Positions 18,603 through 28,377 of a DNA stretch of 64,000 nt are shown piece by piece. Where the stretch lies: the NCBI GenBank assembly GCA_937894775.1, contig CALAXC010000153.1, forward strand, positions 17,802 through 81,801, in the 5' to 3' direction. The stretch comes from an uncultured Clostridia bacterium. GTDB taxonomy: Bacteria > Bacillota > Clostridia > Oscillospirales > CAG-272. The notes under the pieces were generated by a model. The model was not told where the DNA came from. It saw only the letters and a program-made list of their open reading frames with translations, and made no database searches. The first letter of the stretch is position 1, and each line of letters opens with the position of its first letter. The translations under genes were made by a program, and so were the position numbers.

Positions 18603-20168
18603 TTGGATTTGATTTATGCAATCTTGATGGCTGTCGCTGCTTTTGCGGTCGGTTCACTTGTTTTTGCTATAATCTTCCGTAAGGTTGGATACGATGCTCG
18701 CAAGCGTATTGCGGAATCGGAGATCGGCTCGGCAGAGGAAGAGGCAAAACGTATTCGTGAAGACGGTATGAAGCAGGCTGAAACCATGAAGAAAGAAGCC
18801 TTACTCAGCGCAAAAGAAGACATTCTTAAGCAACGAAATGAAGCTGAGAAAGAACTTAAAGAACGCAGAGCTGACATTTCAAGAACAGAGCGCCGTTTGG
18901 TTCAGAAGGAAGAAAATCTGGATAAAAAGGCAGAATCGCTTGAAAGTAAAAGCGAAATACTTGATCGTAAGATAAAGGAAAATGACGTTCTTAAGGAGCA
19001 GATAAACGAGCTTCGTGTAAAGGAACTCAATATTCTCGAAAGAATATCGGGATATTCCGCACAAGAGGCTAAGGATGAGTTGGTATCGCGTGTTGAATCG
19101 GAGATCAAACACGAATTGGCTCAAAGACTTGATGCTCTTGAAACACAGTTTAAGGAAGATGCTGATGCAAAGGCTAAGAACATAATTTCTCTTGCAATTC
19201 AGAGATGTGCCGCAGACCATGTGGCAGAAACGACGGTTTCGGTTGTATCGCTTCCAAGTGAGGATATGAAGGGACGAATCATAGGTAGAGAAGGTCGAAA
19301 TATCCAGATGCTTGAAAAGCTTACAGGTGTAGAGCTCATTATTGACGATACTCCCGAGGCGATAACTCTTTCGGGCTTTGATCCGGTCCGCAGAGAGATT
19401 GCCCGTATTACGCTTGAAAAATTGATCTCTGACGGAAGAATACATCCGTCGCGTATTGAAGAGATGGTTGAGAAAGCAACCCGTGAGGTTGAAACAGGAA
19501 TCAAGCAGGCGGGCGAGAGAGCAACCTTTGATGTAGGTATTCACGGAATAAATACCGATCTTGTAAGAATGCTCGGAAGACTTCGTTACAGAACAAGTTA
19601 CGGTCAAAACGTACTTAAACACTCTATAGAAGTTGCTCTTATTGCAGGAATGATAGCAGATGAACTTGGAGTTGACAGTACAGTAGCAAAACGTGCAGGT
19701 CTTTTGCACGATATCGGAAAAGCACAAACACACGAAATGGAAGGCTCACACGTTGAGCTTGGTGTAAATCTCGCAAAGAGATACAAAGAAAGCCGTGATG
19801 TAATTCACGCGATCGAGGCTCACCACGGAGATGTTGAACCTCAAACGATCACTGCTGTAATCGTTCAGGCGGCAGACGCCATATCGGCGGCAAGACCCGG
19901 AGCGAGAAGAGAGGATCTTGAAAATTATATTAAGCGTCTTGAAAAGATAGAAGAAATAGCTAAGGGCTTTTCGGGCGTTGATAAGGCATTTGCTGTTCAG
20001 GCAGGACGCGAAATACGCGTAATGGTAAAACCTGAAGAAGTAAATGATGACGGAATGAAGCTTATTGCCAGAGAGATGGCTGTTAAGATTCAGGAAGAAG
20101 TAAAATATCCCGGTCAGATAAAGATAAATATTATCAGAGAAAGCCGCGCGGTAGATTACGCAAAATAA
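18603..20168 (+). CDS. rny: Ribonuclease Y
   Basis: N-terminal TM, coiled coil, KH '[11 protein letters not shown]' and HD 'GLLHDIGK'. The track start GTG 18594 overlaps the AAGGAGG RBS (18588-18594). In-frame TTG 18603 sits 8 nt after it, so I prefer that start, which remains uncertain. Confidence 0.93.
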   Translation: MDLIYAILMAVAAFAVGSLVFAIIFRKVGYDARKRIAESEIGSAEEEAKRIREDGMKQAETMKKEALLSAKEDILKQRNEAEKELKERRADISRTERRLVQKEENLDKKAESLESKSEILDRKIKENDVLKEQINELRVKELNILERISGYSAQEAKDELVSRVESEIKHELAQRLDALETQFKEDADAKAKNIISLAIQRCAADHVAETTVSVVSLPSEDMKGRIIGREGRNIQMLEKLTGVELIIDDTPEAITLSGFDPVRREIARITLEKLISDGRIHPSRIEEMVEKATREVETGIKQAGERATFDVGIHGINTDLVRMLGRLRYRTSYGQNVLKHSIEVALIAGMIADELGVDSTVAKRAGLLHDIGKAQTHEMEGSHVELGVNLAKRYKESRDVIHAIEAHHGDVEPQTITAVIVQAADAISAARPGARREDLENYIKRLEKIEEIAKGFSGVDKAFAVQAGREIRVMVKPEEVNDDGMKLIAREMAVKIQEEVKYPGQIKINIIRESRAVDYAK

Positions 20169-20274
20169 TGGCAGTAAAAGCTATATAAAATTCACCTAAA
20201 AGGTGTTATCCATATATATTTCATATAAAACCATTAAGGTAACATAGCGCATTTGCGTTTGAGATAAATTGGAT

Positions 20275-20316
20275 AGGGGTTGTTTTGAATTTAATTCAGG
20301 ACAACCCCGATTTTTT
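20275..20316 (+). terminator. Rho-independent terminator after rny
   Basis: GGGGTTGT...ACAACCCC stem (20276-20283 / 20301-20308) with an inner TGAAT/ATTCA extension, followed by a T6 run. Confidence 0.7.
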
Positions 20317-20412
20317 ATAATAATAATTCTAATTTTGATAAAAACACTTGCATATAGAATAAAAAAATGTTAAAATAAAAAAGATAAGTTTGCATAAAGG
20401 AAGGTGTGGTAT

Positions 20413-20853
20413 GTGAAAAAAGTTGAGCTTTATACAGATGGAGCTTGTCGCGGAAATCCTGGAAATGGAGGCTGGGGAGCAATATTGGTATACGGTAATG
20501 TGGAAAAAGAGCTTTCAGGCGGTGAAGAGCAAACCACCAATAACAGAATGGAGCTGATGGCAGCAATAGCAGGGATGGAAGCCCTTAAGGAGCCGTGTGA
20601 GATAACTTTGACATCGGATTCGAAATATTTAACCGATGCTATTAATAAGGGGTGGCTTGATTCTTGGAAGGTAAAGGGATGGCGTAAGGCGGATAAATCG
20701 CCTGTTCTTAATGTTGAACTTTGGAAAAGATTAGATGCTCTTTTATCAATTCATAAGGTAACTTTTGTGTGGGTACAAGGACATGCAGGGCATCCGTATA
20801 ACGAAAGATGCGATGCTCTTGCTACGGAATTTGCCGATAGTTTTAAAAAATAA
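20413..20853 (+). CDS. rnhA: Ribonuclease HI
   Basis: '[11 protein letters not shown]', 'TNNRMEL' and '[12 protein letters not shown]' motifs. AAGGAAGG at 20398-20405 favours GTG 20413 ([10 protein letters not shown]) over the track start 20404. Confidence 0.9.
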   Translation: MKKVELYTDGACRGNPGNGGWGAILVYGNVEKELSGGEEQTTNNRMELMAAIAGMEALKEPCEITLTSDSKYLTDAINKGWLDSWKVKGWRKADKSPVLNVELWKRLDALLSIHKVTFVWVQGHAGHPYNERCDALATEFADSFKK

Positions 20854-20865
20854 AATATTATTAAA

Positions 20866-20907
20866 ATGACGGATGATTTTTATTAGAAAAACATTCGTCA
20901 TTTTTTT
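20866..20907 (+). terminator. Terminator after rnhA
   Basis: ATGACGGATG...CATTCGTCAT stem (one mismatch) followed by a T7 run. Confidence 0.6.
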
Positions 20908-20936
20908 GAAAAACATCAATTTTTTACTGTAAAATA

Positions 20937-20965
20937 TTGAAAAAATATTTAATATATGATATAAT
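20937..20965 (+). promoter_or_regulatory. Near-consensus sigma-A promoter heading the 20.9-39.8 kb operon
   Basis: TTGAAA (20937-20942), a 17-nt spacer, then TATAAT (20960-20965) with an extended -10 TG at 20957-20958. The predicted TSS (~20972) excludes the track TTG start at 20969. Confidence 0.6.
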
Positions 20966-20998
20966 GTATTGGATAATGCTATTTTTAGGACGTTTAAT

Positions 20999-21844
20999 AT
21001 GCAATTAATAAAAAATGAAAGATTTGATGAGGAAAGAGCTTTTTATTCAAGCAAAGAAGTAAAGCTTATAGAATGTAGCTTTGACGGCATAGCCGACGGT
21101 GAAAGCGCTTTTAAAGAAAGCTCTGATATTGAGATAGAGGATTGTTTCTTTAATTTGAGATATCCGTTTTGGCACGATAAAAACATATTGATAAAAAATT
21201 CAAAAATGACTTCGCTCTGCAGGGCGGCAATTTGGTATTCTGACAGCATAAGTGTTCAAAACACAGATATGCACGGAATAAAAGCATTAAGAGAGTGCAA
21301 AAACGTTGAAATAATCAATAGCGATATAATATCTACCGAGTTTGGATGGCTTTCCGAAAATATTATCCTTGATTCAACAAGAGCGGAAGGCGAATATTTT
21401 ATGTTTATGTCAAAAAACATAAACGCAAGGGAATTGAGCTTTAAAGGAAAATATTCTTTTCAGTACATAGAGAATGCGGTTTTTGAAAATTGTGATATAG
21501 ACACTAAAGATGCTTTTTGGCACGCAAAAAACGTGCTTGTTAAAAATTGTCGGATAAACGGTGAATATCTTGCTTGGTATAGCGAGAATATCACTTTTGA
21601 AAATTGTATTATTTCAGGAACACAGCCTTTGTGCTATTGCAAGGGCTTGAAACTTATAAATTGCGAGATGAACGGTGCGGATCTCTCTTTCGAGCTTTCC
21701 GACATATATGCAACCCTTAATTCGTACGTTATAAGTGTTAAAAATCCGTTGTCAGGGTATATAGAGCTTCCGTCAGTCGGTGAGATTATTCTTGATAACG
21801 TAAATTCTGAATGTGAAATTTTTGTAACACAACACAATGATTGA
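20999..21844 (+). CDS. Beta-helix repeat protein (DUF3737-like)
   Basis: Starts at ATG 20999 (MQLIKNERF). Repeated ~22-aa units ending in 'I.N(S/C)' with W(H/Y) pairs (FWHDKNILIKNSKM, IWYSDSISVQNTDM, FWHAKNVLVKNCRI, AWYSENITFENCII). From memory this resembles DUF3737, a right-handed beta-helix. Confidence 0.55.
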   Translation: MQLIKNERFDEERAFYSSKEVKLIECSFDGIADGESAFKESSDIEIEDCFFNLRYPFWHDKNILIKNSKMTSLCRAAIWYSDSISVQNTDMHGIKALRECKNVEIINSDIISTEFGWLSENIILDSTRAEGEYFMFMSKNINARELSFKGKYSFQYIENAVFENCDIDTKDAFWHAKNVLVKNCRINGEYLAWYSENITFENCIISGTQPLCYCKGLKLINCEMNGADLSFELSDIYATLNSYVISVKNPLSGYIELPSVGEIILDNVNSECEIFVTQHND

Positions 21845-21861
21845 TTTTGCTTTAGGAGATA

Positions 21862-23556
21862 ATGAAGATGGTACTTAGTTTACTTTCAGTCGCAATACTT
21901 TTGATTGCGATATTTGAAATTATAATGGAAACGGTCAAGGCTGTTAATAAGGGCTTGAAAAAATCCCTTGTTACGTTAGCTTCAATTATGCTTTCTATAT
22001 TTTTGTCCTTGGTATTGACACAACCGGTGTCAAATCTTTTGGTAAACCCGATAGCAAATTTATTGAAAAAGCTTGTGAATCTTTCGGCGCTTGAGAATAC
22101 TGTTCCAAGCTTGCCGTTAGTGATTGGTGCTTATGCTGATGCATTGATATCACCGCTTATATTTTTGATATTATTCTTTTTGATCAGGGCGATAATCGCA
22201 ATCGTTGTTTTGATCGTTATGCGTTCGAGAGAAAAAAAGAAGATCGATACTAATAATTATGAAAACGAGGATGCTCCTGCGTTTAAGAAAAACCCCAAAG
22301 CCGCAAGCGGAGTAGTGGGATTTGTGTGCGGTATTTTGTTGATAACAACTTTTACAGCGCCTATTATGGGAACTCTTAAGGTCGCAGAAAAAACTTTTTC
22401 CGCAGTTAATAATAATTCCGATGTTTACGGAGCTAAGATCAATTCAAAAGCAGTTTCGGTTATCAAGCTTTTTTCAAAGGATATGATAGGAAACGCATTG
22501 TATTATTGCGGTGGAAACCTTATATACAAAGCAAGCGCTACGTCGATGCTTAACGATAATTATTTTCAGCTTGAAAATGAAGCCGTTCAAACGGTAAACA
22601 CGGCAGACGATCTTATGCTTGTTACGAGTATACTTGGAAATATAAATTCTTCAACAGAGGAGCAGAGAAACTCAATGAAGGTTCTCGGCAAGGAAATAAA
22701 TAAAGCAGAAACGCTTAAAACTGTTGCCGCGGATATAGTTCCGGAGCTCTCAAAAAATTGGCTTGACGGAAAACCTTACTTGGGTACTGATAAGCCTAAA
22801 TTCAATAAGATCTCGGAAAGCGTTTTTAATAAAATGCTTTATGTGTGTAAATCGAGTACTGTTGATACTGTAGGTGATGACCTTAATACTCTTTTGAATG
22901 TTTATATGATAGCATATGAGCATGATATGTTGGTTTCGGGAGATTATAAAACGGTAATTGAAACAGCCAGCAGAACCGGTGCTTTTGATCTCATAAGACA
23001 AGAACTGAGTAAAAACAGAAGAATGGCAGGTATTACTTTAGATATCGATACGATGTCGATACGTACAATAGCATCTGCAATTCAGTCCTTTAACTTGGAA
23101 AACTATGATATTCTTATGAATAACATAACTAATACGCTTAACGTTGCGCTCAAATATGAGGGCGAAGCAAGAAAGCAGTATATTACCGATCTTACAAGAC
23201 AGTATATTAATTCTTACGGAATCAATATTGGCGAGGCTGAAACTATTAAGTTGGCTGAAAAACTTAATGATGAAGTTATCGGCAATAGAAAGAGCGTGTC
23301 TATTGACGATGTTAGATCATTCTGGGATAAATATTCTGTGAAGAATAAGGATAATAATACTCAGGTACAGCAAACTCCCGTTATATCTGTACCCGATCAG
23401 ACGGTTGATGATACTGTTGAAGGAGAAACAGATTTGGACACAGAGAATGAAGGCGGAGAAGGTTATCCCGAAAATCCTGAGTCTTATGCGGATGGATATG
23501 TTGAGCCTGAAAACGGGCAGGAAAATATTGAAAACGAGTATAATAGCATCGCATAA
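21862..23556 (+). CDS. Polytopic membrane protein with ~390-aa soluble domain and acidic tail (N-terminal TM bundle weakly CvpA-like)
   Basis: 564 aa. About 5 hydrophobic segments in the first 180 aa. The C-terminal 60 aa is D/E/N/G-rich. Starts 17 nt after the preceding gene, with RBS AGGAG. Confidence 0.6.
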   Translation: MKMVLSLLSVAILLIAIFEIIMETVKAVNKGLKKSLVTLASIMLSIFLSLVLTQPVSNLLVNPIANLLKKLVNLSALENTVPSLPLVIGAYADALISPLIFLILFFLIRAIIAIVVLIVMRSREKKKIDTNNYENEDAPAFKKNPKAASGVVGFVCGILLITTFTAPIMGTLKVAEKTFSAVNNNSDVYGAKINSKAVSVIKLFSKDMIGNALYYCGGNLIYKASATSMLNDNYFQLENEAVQTVNTADDLMLVTSILGNINSSTEEQRNSMKVLGKEINKAETLKTVAADIVPELSKNWLDGKPYLGTDKPKFNKISESVFNKMLYVCKSSTVDTVGDDLNTLLNVYMIAYEHDMLVSGDYKTVIETASRTGAFDLIRQELSKNRRMAGITLDIDTMSIRTIASAIQSFNLENYDILMNNITNTLNVALKYEGEARKQYITDLTRQYINSYGINIGEAETIKLAEKLNDEVIGNRKSVSIDDVRSFWDKYSVKNKDNNTQVQQTPVISVPDQTVDDTVEGETDLDTENEGGEGYPENPESYADGYVEPENGQENIENEYNSIA

Positions 23557-23612
23557 TATTTTAAGCGTTGTAGACCCGAGTAAAAACTGTAAATGAAAAT
23601 GGCAGGTAAGAT

Positions 23613-24308
23613 ATGGAAATAATTATGGCTTATATAGCAAAGGGAATCGTACTTCTAATGAGTATGGTACTGTATGTATACCTCTTTTCAGCGGTAGTCC
23701 CTAAATTTATTATGAAGCTCAGATGCAAAGTAAATACGTGCGACAGAGGTATAAGAAAATATAAATATCCTGATGGAAGATGCGTTGTTTACGAACCTGA
23801 AATTTCTTTAAGAAAATATGTTGAAAGTTATGCACTTTACGTTCGTGACGGATATAAATACATTACTTGTAAGACAACAGAAAATGTAAAAGATATAAGA
23901 TACGAGGTCTATGCTTTTGATATAAACAATAAGCTTATAGACATTTTATCGGTACTTGAAACTGTGAATAACGGTTGCACACAGGAAGTTTCTATCCCCC
24001 CTGAAACATCGTATGTAAGATTGGTGCTCAGACGAGTTGATAATGAGTATTATTCAAGAAAGATAGTGGCAGAATACTCTGTTTTCAGTTATTGTTTGTG
24101 CGCTATAGTAGTTGCTGTAGCAACACTTGTAGAGTCTTTTATCGTTTATTTCTTGGCAAAAGATATTTTGATCAGCGGCTTAAGACTCAGAATGACTCTT
24201 ATAGGAGTCGGCGGTATGTTTTTTATGGCAATTTTGATATCTTTGATAGTAGCGGGACTTACTGTTCTTGCATATCGCAGAAACTGTAAAAAGGTGATAA
24301 ACAAATGA
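23613..24308 (+). CDS. Hypothetical membrane protein
   Basis: 231 aa: an N-terminal TM, a ~120-aa beta-rich domain, then 2-3 C-terminal TMs. Its stop overlaps the next start (ATGA at 24305). Confidence 0.55.
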   Translation: MEIIMAYIAKGIVLLMSMVLYVYLFSAVVPKFIMKLRCKVNTCDRGIRKYKYPDGRCVVYEPEISLRKYVESYALYVRDGYKYITCKTTENVKDIRYEVYAFDINNKLIDILSVLETVNNGCTQEVSIPPETSYVRLVLRRVDNEYYSRKIVAEYSVFSYCLCAIVVAVATLVESFIVYFLAKDILISGLRLRMTLIGVGGMFFMAILISLIVAGLTVLAYRRNCKKVINK

Positions 24309-24952
24309 AAAGAGATTTGCAAATTATATCGAAAGGTCTGTACGATAAACCCAATGAAGATTGTGCACTGATTGCAGCAAAACAGTATATTTTTGCAAGG
24401 CAAAAAGGAAGAAAGATCTTAATTGTAAGATTCGAAAACCTTTCTAACCATAGAATAGAAGATATGTCATTTTGGTTGGTTCAGTTGAATTCTGACGGTG
24501 TTGAGATATCGTCTAAAAAGATAACATTAAAAAGTATCGGCTGTGCACCAAGGGAAATTTTTTCTCCAAATAATTGTTTTTACGTAGATAATAAATGCGT
24601 GGATTTTGAGATCCGAATGATTTCTGTTACTTCGGGCGGCTTTGAATATTTATCAAAAAACGGAGAGGGATTTGTAAAATATCCTCTTGAGGAGAGCTGG
24701 TCATATGCTTCATCGCAAAGTGTTTCGGGATATAAATATTCTAAAATACAAAATAACAGAGTTAAATTTTCAAAAGCAATTTTGATATTGGCATTGTTTT
24801 TAATCGCTCTTGCGGTTATTTGGCCATTCTTTGCAAATACGTTGTGTCCCGCAATTGCAGATGTTCTGGATAGATTTTGGAAAATGGTTGCTGAGGATAC
24901 GAAGGAACTTTTCAGACGTATTGCAGAGTCATTCGAGAAGAAGAATGTTTAA
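24305..24952 (+). CDS. Hypothetical protein with C-terminal TM anchor
   Basis: 215 aa with a soluble ~155-aa domain, then the TM 'AILILALFLIALAVIWPFF'. AAGGTG RBS. Translationally coupled to the previous ORF. Confidence 0.55.
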   Translation: MKRDLQIISKGLYDKPNEDCALIAAKQYIFARQKGRKILIVRFENLSNHRIEDMSFWLVQLNSDGVEISSKKITLKSIGCAPREIFSPNNCFYVDNKCVDFEIRMISVTSGGFEYLSKNGEGFVKYPLEESWSYASSQSVSGYKYSKIQNNRVKFSKAILILALFLIALAVIWPFFANTLCPAIADVLDRFWKMVAEDTKELFRRIAESFEKKNV

Positions 24953-24972
24953 ATTATCAGTAGGAGAATGAT

Positions 24973-27900
24973 ATGTTAAAACATAAATTTATAGTTGATA
25001 AGCTTAGCGAAGCGCAAAAGATAACGCTTTTGTCTGACGTGAGAGTGCTTTCGACTGCGGAATATACTAAGTTTGGTATTCCAATGCTCAGTATTGAATC
25101 GATATACGGATATAAAACTGATGTTTATCCAAGTCCGATAAGTCTTGCGAATTCTTGGAATGAGAGAATAGTTGGCGAGGTCGCAAGTGATATCGCAGTT
25201 TCTATGTCCGCAGAACAAATAAATGTAGCGGGAATACTCAGCCCTATTCCAAAACTTAATATGACAGATAGAGCGATTTCGGAAGATCCGCTTCTTTCGG
25301 CAAAGATCTCATCTGCGTATATGGGCTCTATAGGAAAGACGGGAATAGCGGTAACACTTGATGATATTTTCTTTGATGAGCAGGATGTTTCTTGCTTGGA
25401 TCATACGCCAAACAGTAGATTTTTAAATGAATTTGTTTACAGAGCGGTATCTAATACAGTTGAAAATAAAAAATGTCATGCTGTAACGGTTGGAGCAGAT
25501 ATAGATATAAAAGGCTACGAAAATATAAACAGTGAGATCACCGAGAGAGTCGCAACTATCGGCGGTGAAAAATTCGTTTTGTGTAAGAATATCGCACCGG
25601 AAGATACGGTTATAAGAATCGTAAAGGGGCAGATATGCTTAGACGGCTGTGAGCCTGTTCTCAAAGCGGCTATCGATAGATATGCACGTTTGAAAGAGGG
25701 AATAAAGCGAGGCAGAGTTACGGTATGCGAGCTTGAAGCTGAGATAGAAAACGGAAGCGCTTTCCCACCTGAAAAGATAGATGAGGCGGTAGACAAGGTT
25801 ATAGATTTTGCTTTTGAAATGACAAATGCGAATAAAGGTAAGCTTGCTTCCTATACCCCTACTTCAACAGTGGTGAAAAATGCTGCTTATGAATCAACGG
25901 TCCTTTTGAAAAACTATAAAACAGTTTTGCCGTTAAAGCCGGGTACTCTTGTAACTTTGGCAGGAGATATATTGGTGAATTATAACGGAGAAGACGCGGA
26001 TTATTCGGATAAAGCAAATGAAGCTGCATATTATCTCAGAGGTCTTGGCTGTGCTTCTCAAGGATTTGTCCGTGCATATTCTATGGCAGAAGACAGAAGC
26101 GATAAGCTTTTTATGCAAATGGAAGGATCTGCGCTGAACACCGATACGGTAATTCTCTTTATGGGAACTAATCCCCAAAAAGAGAAGGCAATTACCAGAA
26201 CCGAGAATCTGTATCTCCCCGCAAATCAGCTTGCTGCCTTGGAGAAGCTTTATAAGATGGGTAAAAAGATAATCGCTGTAGTGTCAAGCGATTATGCAAT
26301 AGATGTTACTTTTGCAGACAAGGTTGACGCACTTTTGGTAGCTCCGTTGAATACAAAATATGGCGTTGAAGCGGTATTCGATATCATTACAGGCAGAATG
26401 GGCCCGGTAGGACGACTTGCGACAACTTGGTATAAAAATACAGATAGGGCAAATAAAAAACATAGATTTTATTGTTCAATGCCAAACTCAAAGGTCGGCA
26501 CTTATTTGGGTTACAGATATTATGATAAATCCGATTATGATGTGGGTTATCCTTTCGGATACGGATTGGCATTTTCAACCTTTGTTTATTCAAAGCTTTC
26601 GGTTCAGGGAACTAACGTTGTTTTCACCGTAAAGAATAAAGCTAAGGTTGCGGGAACCGAAGTAGTCCAAGTTTATTTAGGTATTAATAATTCAGCAATT
26701 CAACGACCTAAAAAGGAGCTTGTCGGATTTGAAAAGATATATCTTCAGCCGGGAGCTTCGACAACAGTTTCGATTCCTATGTCGAATATAGAAAGCTTTG
26801 ATCCCGAAAGTAAACGGTGGATTATGGAGCGTGGCGAATACACAGTATATGTAGGCTCTTCGGTTAAAGATATAAAGCTTACAGCGAAGGTGTCGCTTGG
26901 ACAGGATATTGTGAATTCTCCTGCGGAAGATCCGTCCGATTATTTACAGTCGGAAAGTAATATTATTTCAAACAGATACACATTGGAGGCAGATTATAAG
27001 CTTATGAAAAGGAATATTAGAAATATAGTATTTGGTATAGGCGCCCTTGTTTTGGCGGTGGCTATGTTTGTCTTCTCGATATTTTCGGGAAAGGTAAGTA
27101 TTTTCTTAAACGTTGTTGCGTCTATATTGGCTTTGGCGGGAGTGGTGTTCTTTATTTTGGAAGGTACTGACCGTAAAAAAGCGCATAACGAAGAAAGAAA
27201 CCGTGTAAATGAAGCGAATAAGGCTCATTTTGAAAATGCAACGGATATTGCAGATTTCTCTACAAATGCCGTATTTAGCGAGGAATTCGACAGAGTCGAG
27301 CAGAAGATATCTTTCACAAAAGATACGGCTCCCTCAAAGGCAGAAAGCTATCTTGCTTTTGTAAATGAGAGTCTTACATATGATGCAGCAATTTCTCAGT
27401 TTATTGCGTTTGCCGCTGCTAAAGGTTTTAAGTTTAATGAAAGCAACGCACGCGAGCTTTTTGCAGCTATGTCTGCATCAAGACTTATCATCACAAAGGG
27501 AATGTCTAATGACGTATTTGCCGAGCTTGTAAGAGTAGTAAGCGAATATTTTGGAACTCCTATGTTTGTGGATGCGGTTGATTATTCTTATGAAAATGAT
27601 AATTCCGCACTCTTTAAGGGGGTAGGTGCTGCAAAGCAGAGAACAAATCTCACCAATGCTATTTATGCGGCAATTGAAAGCTCCGATAAGGTTCATATTG
27701 CAGCGCTTACAGATGTTAATTTTGCAGATCTTTCAAAGTATTTTGTTCCGTTTGCAAGATATATTCGTAATCCACGTAATGCAAACATTATTTCTACGGT
27801 CGATCAGACAGGTGAAAAGACTCAGATCACGATGCCACAGAATATGTGGTTTATGCTTAATTTGAGAATGGGCGAGACCATGAGTAATATACCTGAATAT

Positions 27901-28350
27901 ATCACTGAGCTTGCTTCGGTTATAAAGGTGGATTATATAAGAACTGCTCCTACAATGCTTTATACGCAGATTGTTCCGTTTAGTTATTATCAGTTTGATT
28001 TCTTGCTTGATAAGGTGAAAACAAGATTTATTATTTCTGAGGATACTTGGAAGAAGTTTGACCGTTTTGAAGCTTTTGTAAACGGTGTTTCTCCATATGC
28101 TCTTGAAAATAGAGTATGTATAGCCGTTGAGAGATTTTTTGCAGTATTCTGTGCCGCAGGCGGAGATACGAATGAGGCGATCGACAGAGCTATCAGTGCA
28201 AGAATACTTTCTTCGGTGATTATAACGCTTAATAATGCCGAGGACAAGGAAAATAGAAATCTTACCGAAAAGCTTGAGATGATATTCGGCGAAGAAAACA
28301 TAGATGTTTGCCGAGCTTTCATCAGAGCGGCAGGATCAAATCTTATCTGA
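24973..28350 (+). CDS. Fusion protein: GH3-like domains (N-domain, alpha/beta sandwich, Fn3-like), a 2-TM hairpin, and a degenerate McrB-like AAA+ domain
   Basis: 1125 aa. GH3-type blocks: 'KLSEAQKITLLS', 'GIPMLS', 'ISEDPLL', 'STVLLKNYKTVLPL', 'GPVGRLATTWY', 'GYRYYDKSDYDVGYPFGYGLAFSTF', 'EVVQVYLG'. TMs at about nt 27024-27165. The C-terminal ~390 aa aligns colinearly with the neighbouring ATPases but has destroyed NTP motifs (see findings). Confidence 0.75.
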   Translation: MLKHKFIVDKLSEAQKITLLSDVRVLSTAEYTKFGIPMLSIESIYGYKTDVYPSPISLANSWNERIVGEVASDIAVSMSAEQINVAGILSPIPKLNMTDRAISEDPLLSAKISSAYMGSIGKTGIAVTLDDIFFDEQDVSCLDHTPNSRFLNEFVYRAVSNTVENKKCHAVTVGADIDIKGYENINSEITERVATIGGEKFVLCKNIAPEDTVIRIVKGQICLDGCEPVLKAAIDRYARLKEGIKRGRVTVCELEAEIENGSAFPPEKIDEAVDKVIDFAFEMTNANKGKLASYTPTSTVVKNAAYESTVLLKNYKTVLPLKPGTLVTLAGDILVNYNGEDADYSDKANEAAYYLRGLGCASQGFVRAYSMAEDRSDKLFMQMEGSALNTDTVILFMGTNPQKEKAITRTENLYLPANQLAALEKLYKMGKKIIAVVSSDYAIDVTFADKVDALLVAPLNTKYGVEAVFDIITGRMGPVGRLATTWYKNTDRANKKHRFYCSMPNSKVGTYLGYRYYDKSDYDVGYPFGYGLAFSTFVYSKLSVQGTNVVFTVKNKAKVAGTEVVQVYLGINNSAIQRPKKELVGFEKIYLQPGASTTVSIPMSNIESFDPESKRWIMERGEYTVYVGSSVKDIKLTAKVSLGQDIVNSPAEDPSDYLQSESNIISNRYTLEADYKLMKRNIRNIVFGIGALVLAVAMFVFSIFSGKVSIFLNVVASILALAGVVFFILEGTDRKKAHNEERNRVNEANKAHFENATDIADFSTNAVFSEEFDRVEQKISFTKDTAPSKAESYLAFVNESLTYDAAISQFIAFAAAKGFKFNESNARELFAAMSASRLIITKGMSNDVFAELVRVVSEYFGTPMFVDAVDYSYENDNSALFKGVGAAKQRTNLTNAIYAAIESSDKVHIAALTDVNFADLSKYFVPFARYIRNPRNANIISTVDQTGEKTQITMPQNMWFMLNLRMGETMSNIPEYITELASVIKVDYIRTAPTMLYTQIVPFSYYQFDFLLDKVKTRFIISEDTWKKFDRFEAFVNGVSPYALENRVCIAVERFFAVFCAAGGDTNEAIDRAISARILSSVIITLNNAEDKENRNLTEKLEMIFGEENIDVCRAFIRAAGSNLI

Positions 28351-28377
28351 AAATAACGGATTAAGGAGAACAAGTAA

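Noticed and set aside
18879-19733. 284-aa ORF antisense to rny, plus several shorter ones at 18614-19786.
   Set aside because: It is fully embedded opposite the strongly conserved RNase Y frame (KH and HD motifs on the + strand). Its composition is junk-like (Cys/Phe/Leu/Ser-rich) and it has no RBS.
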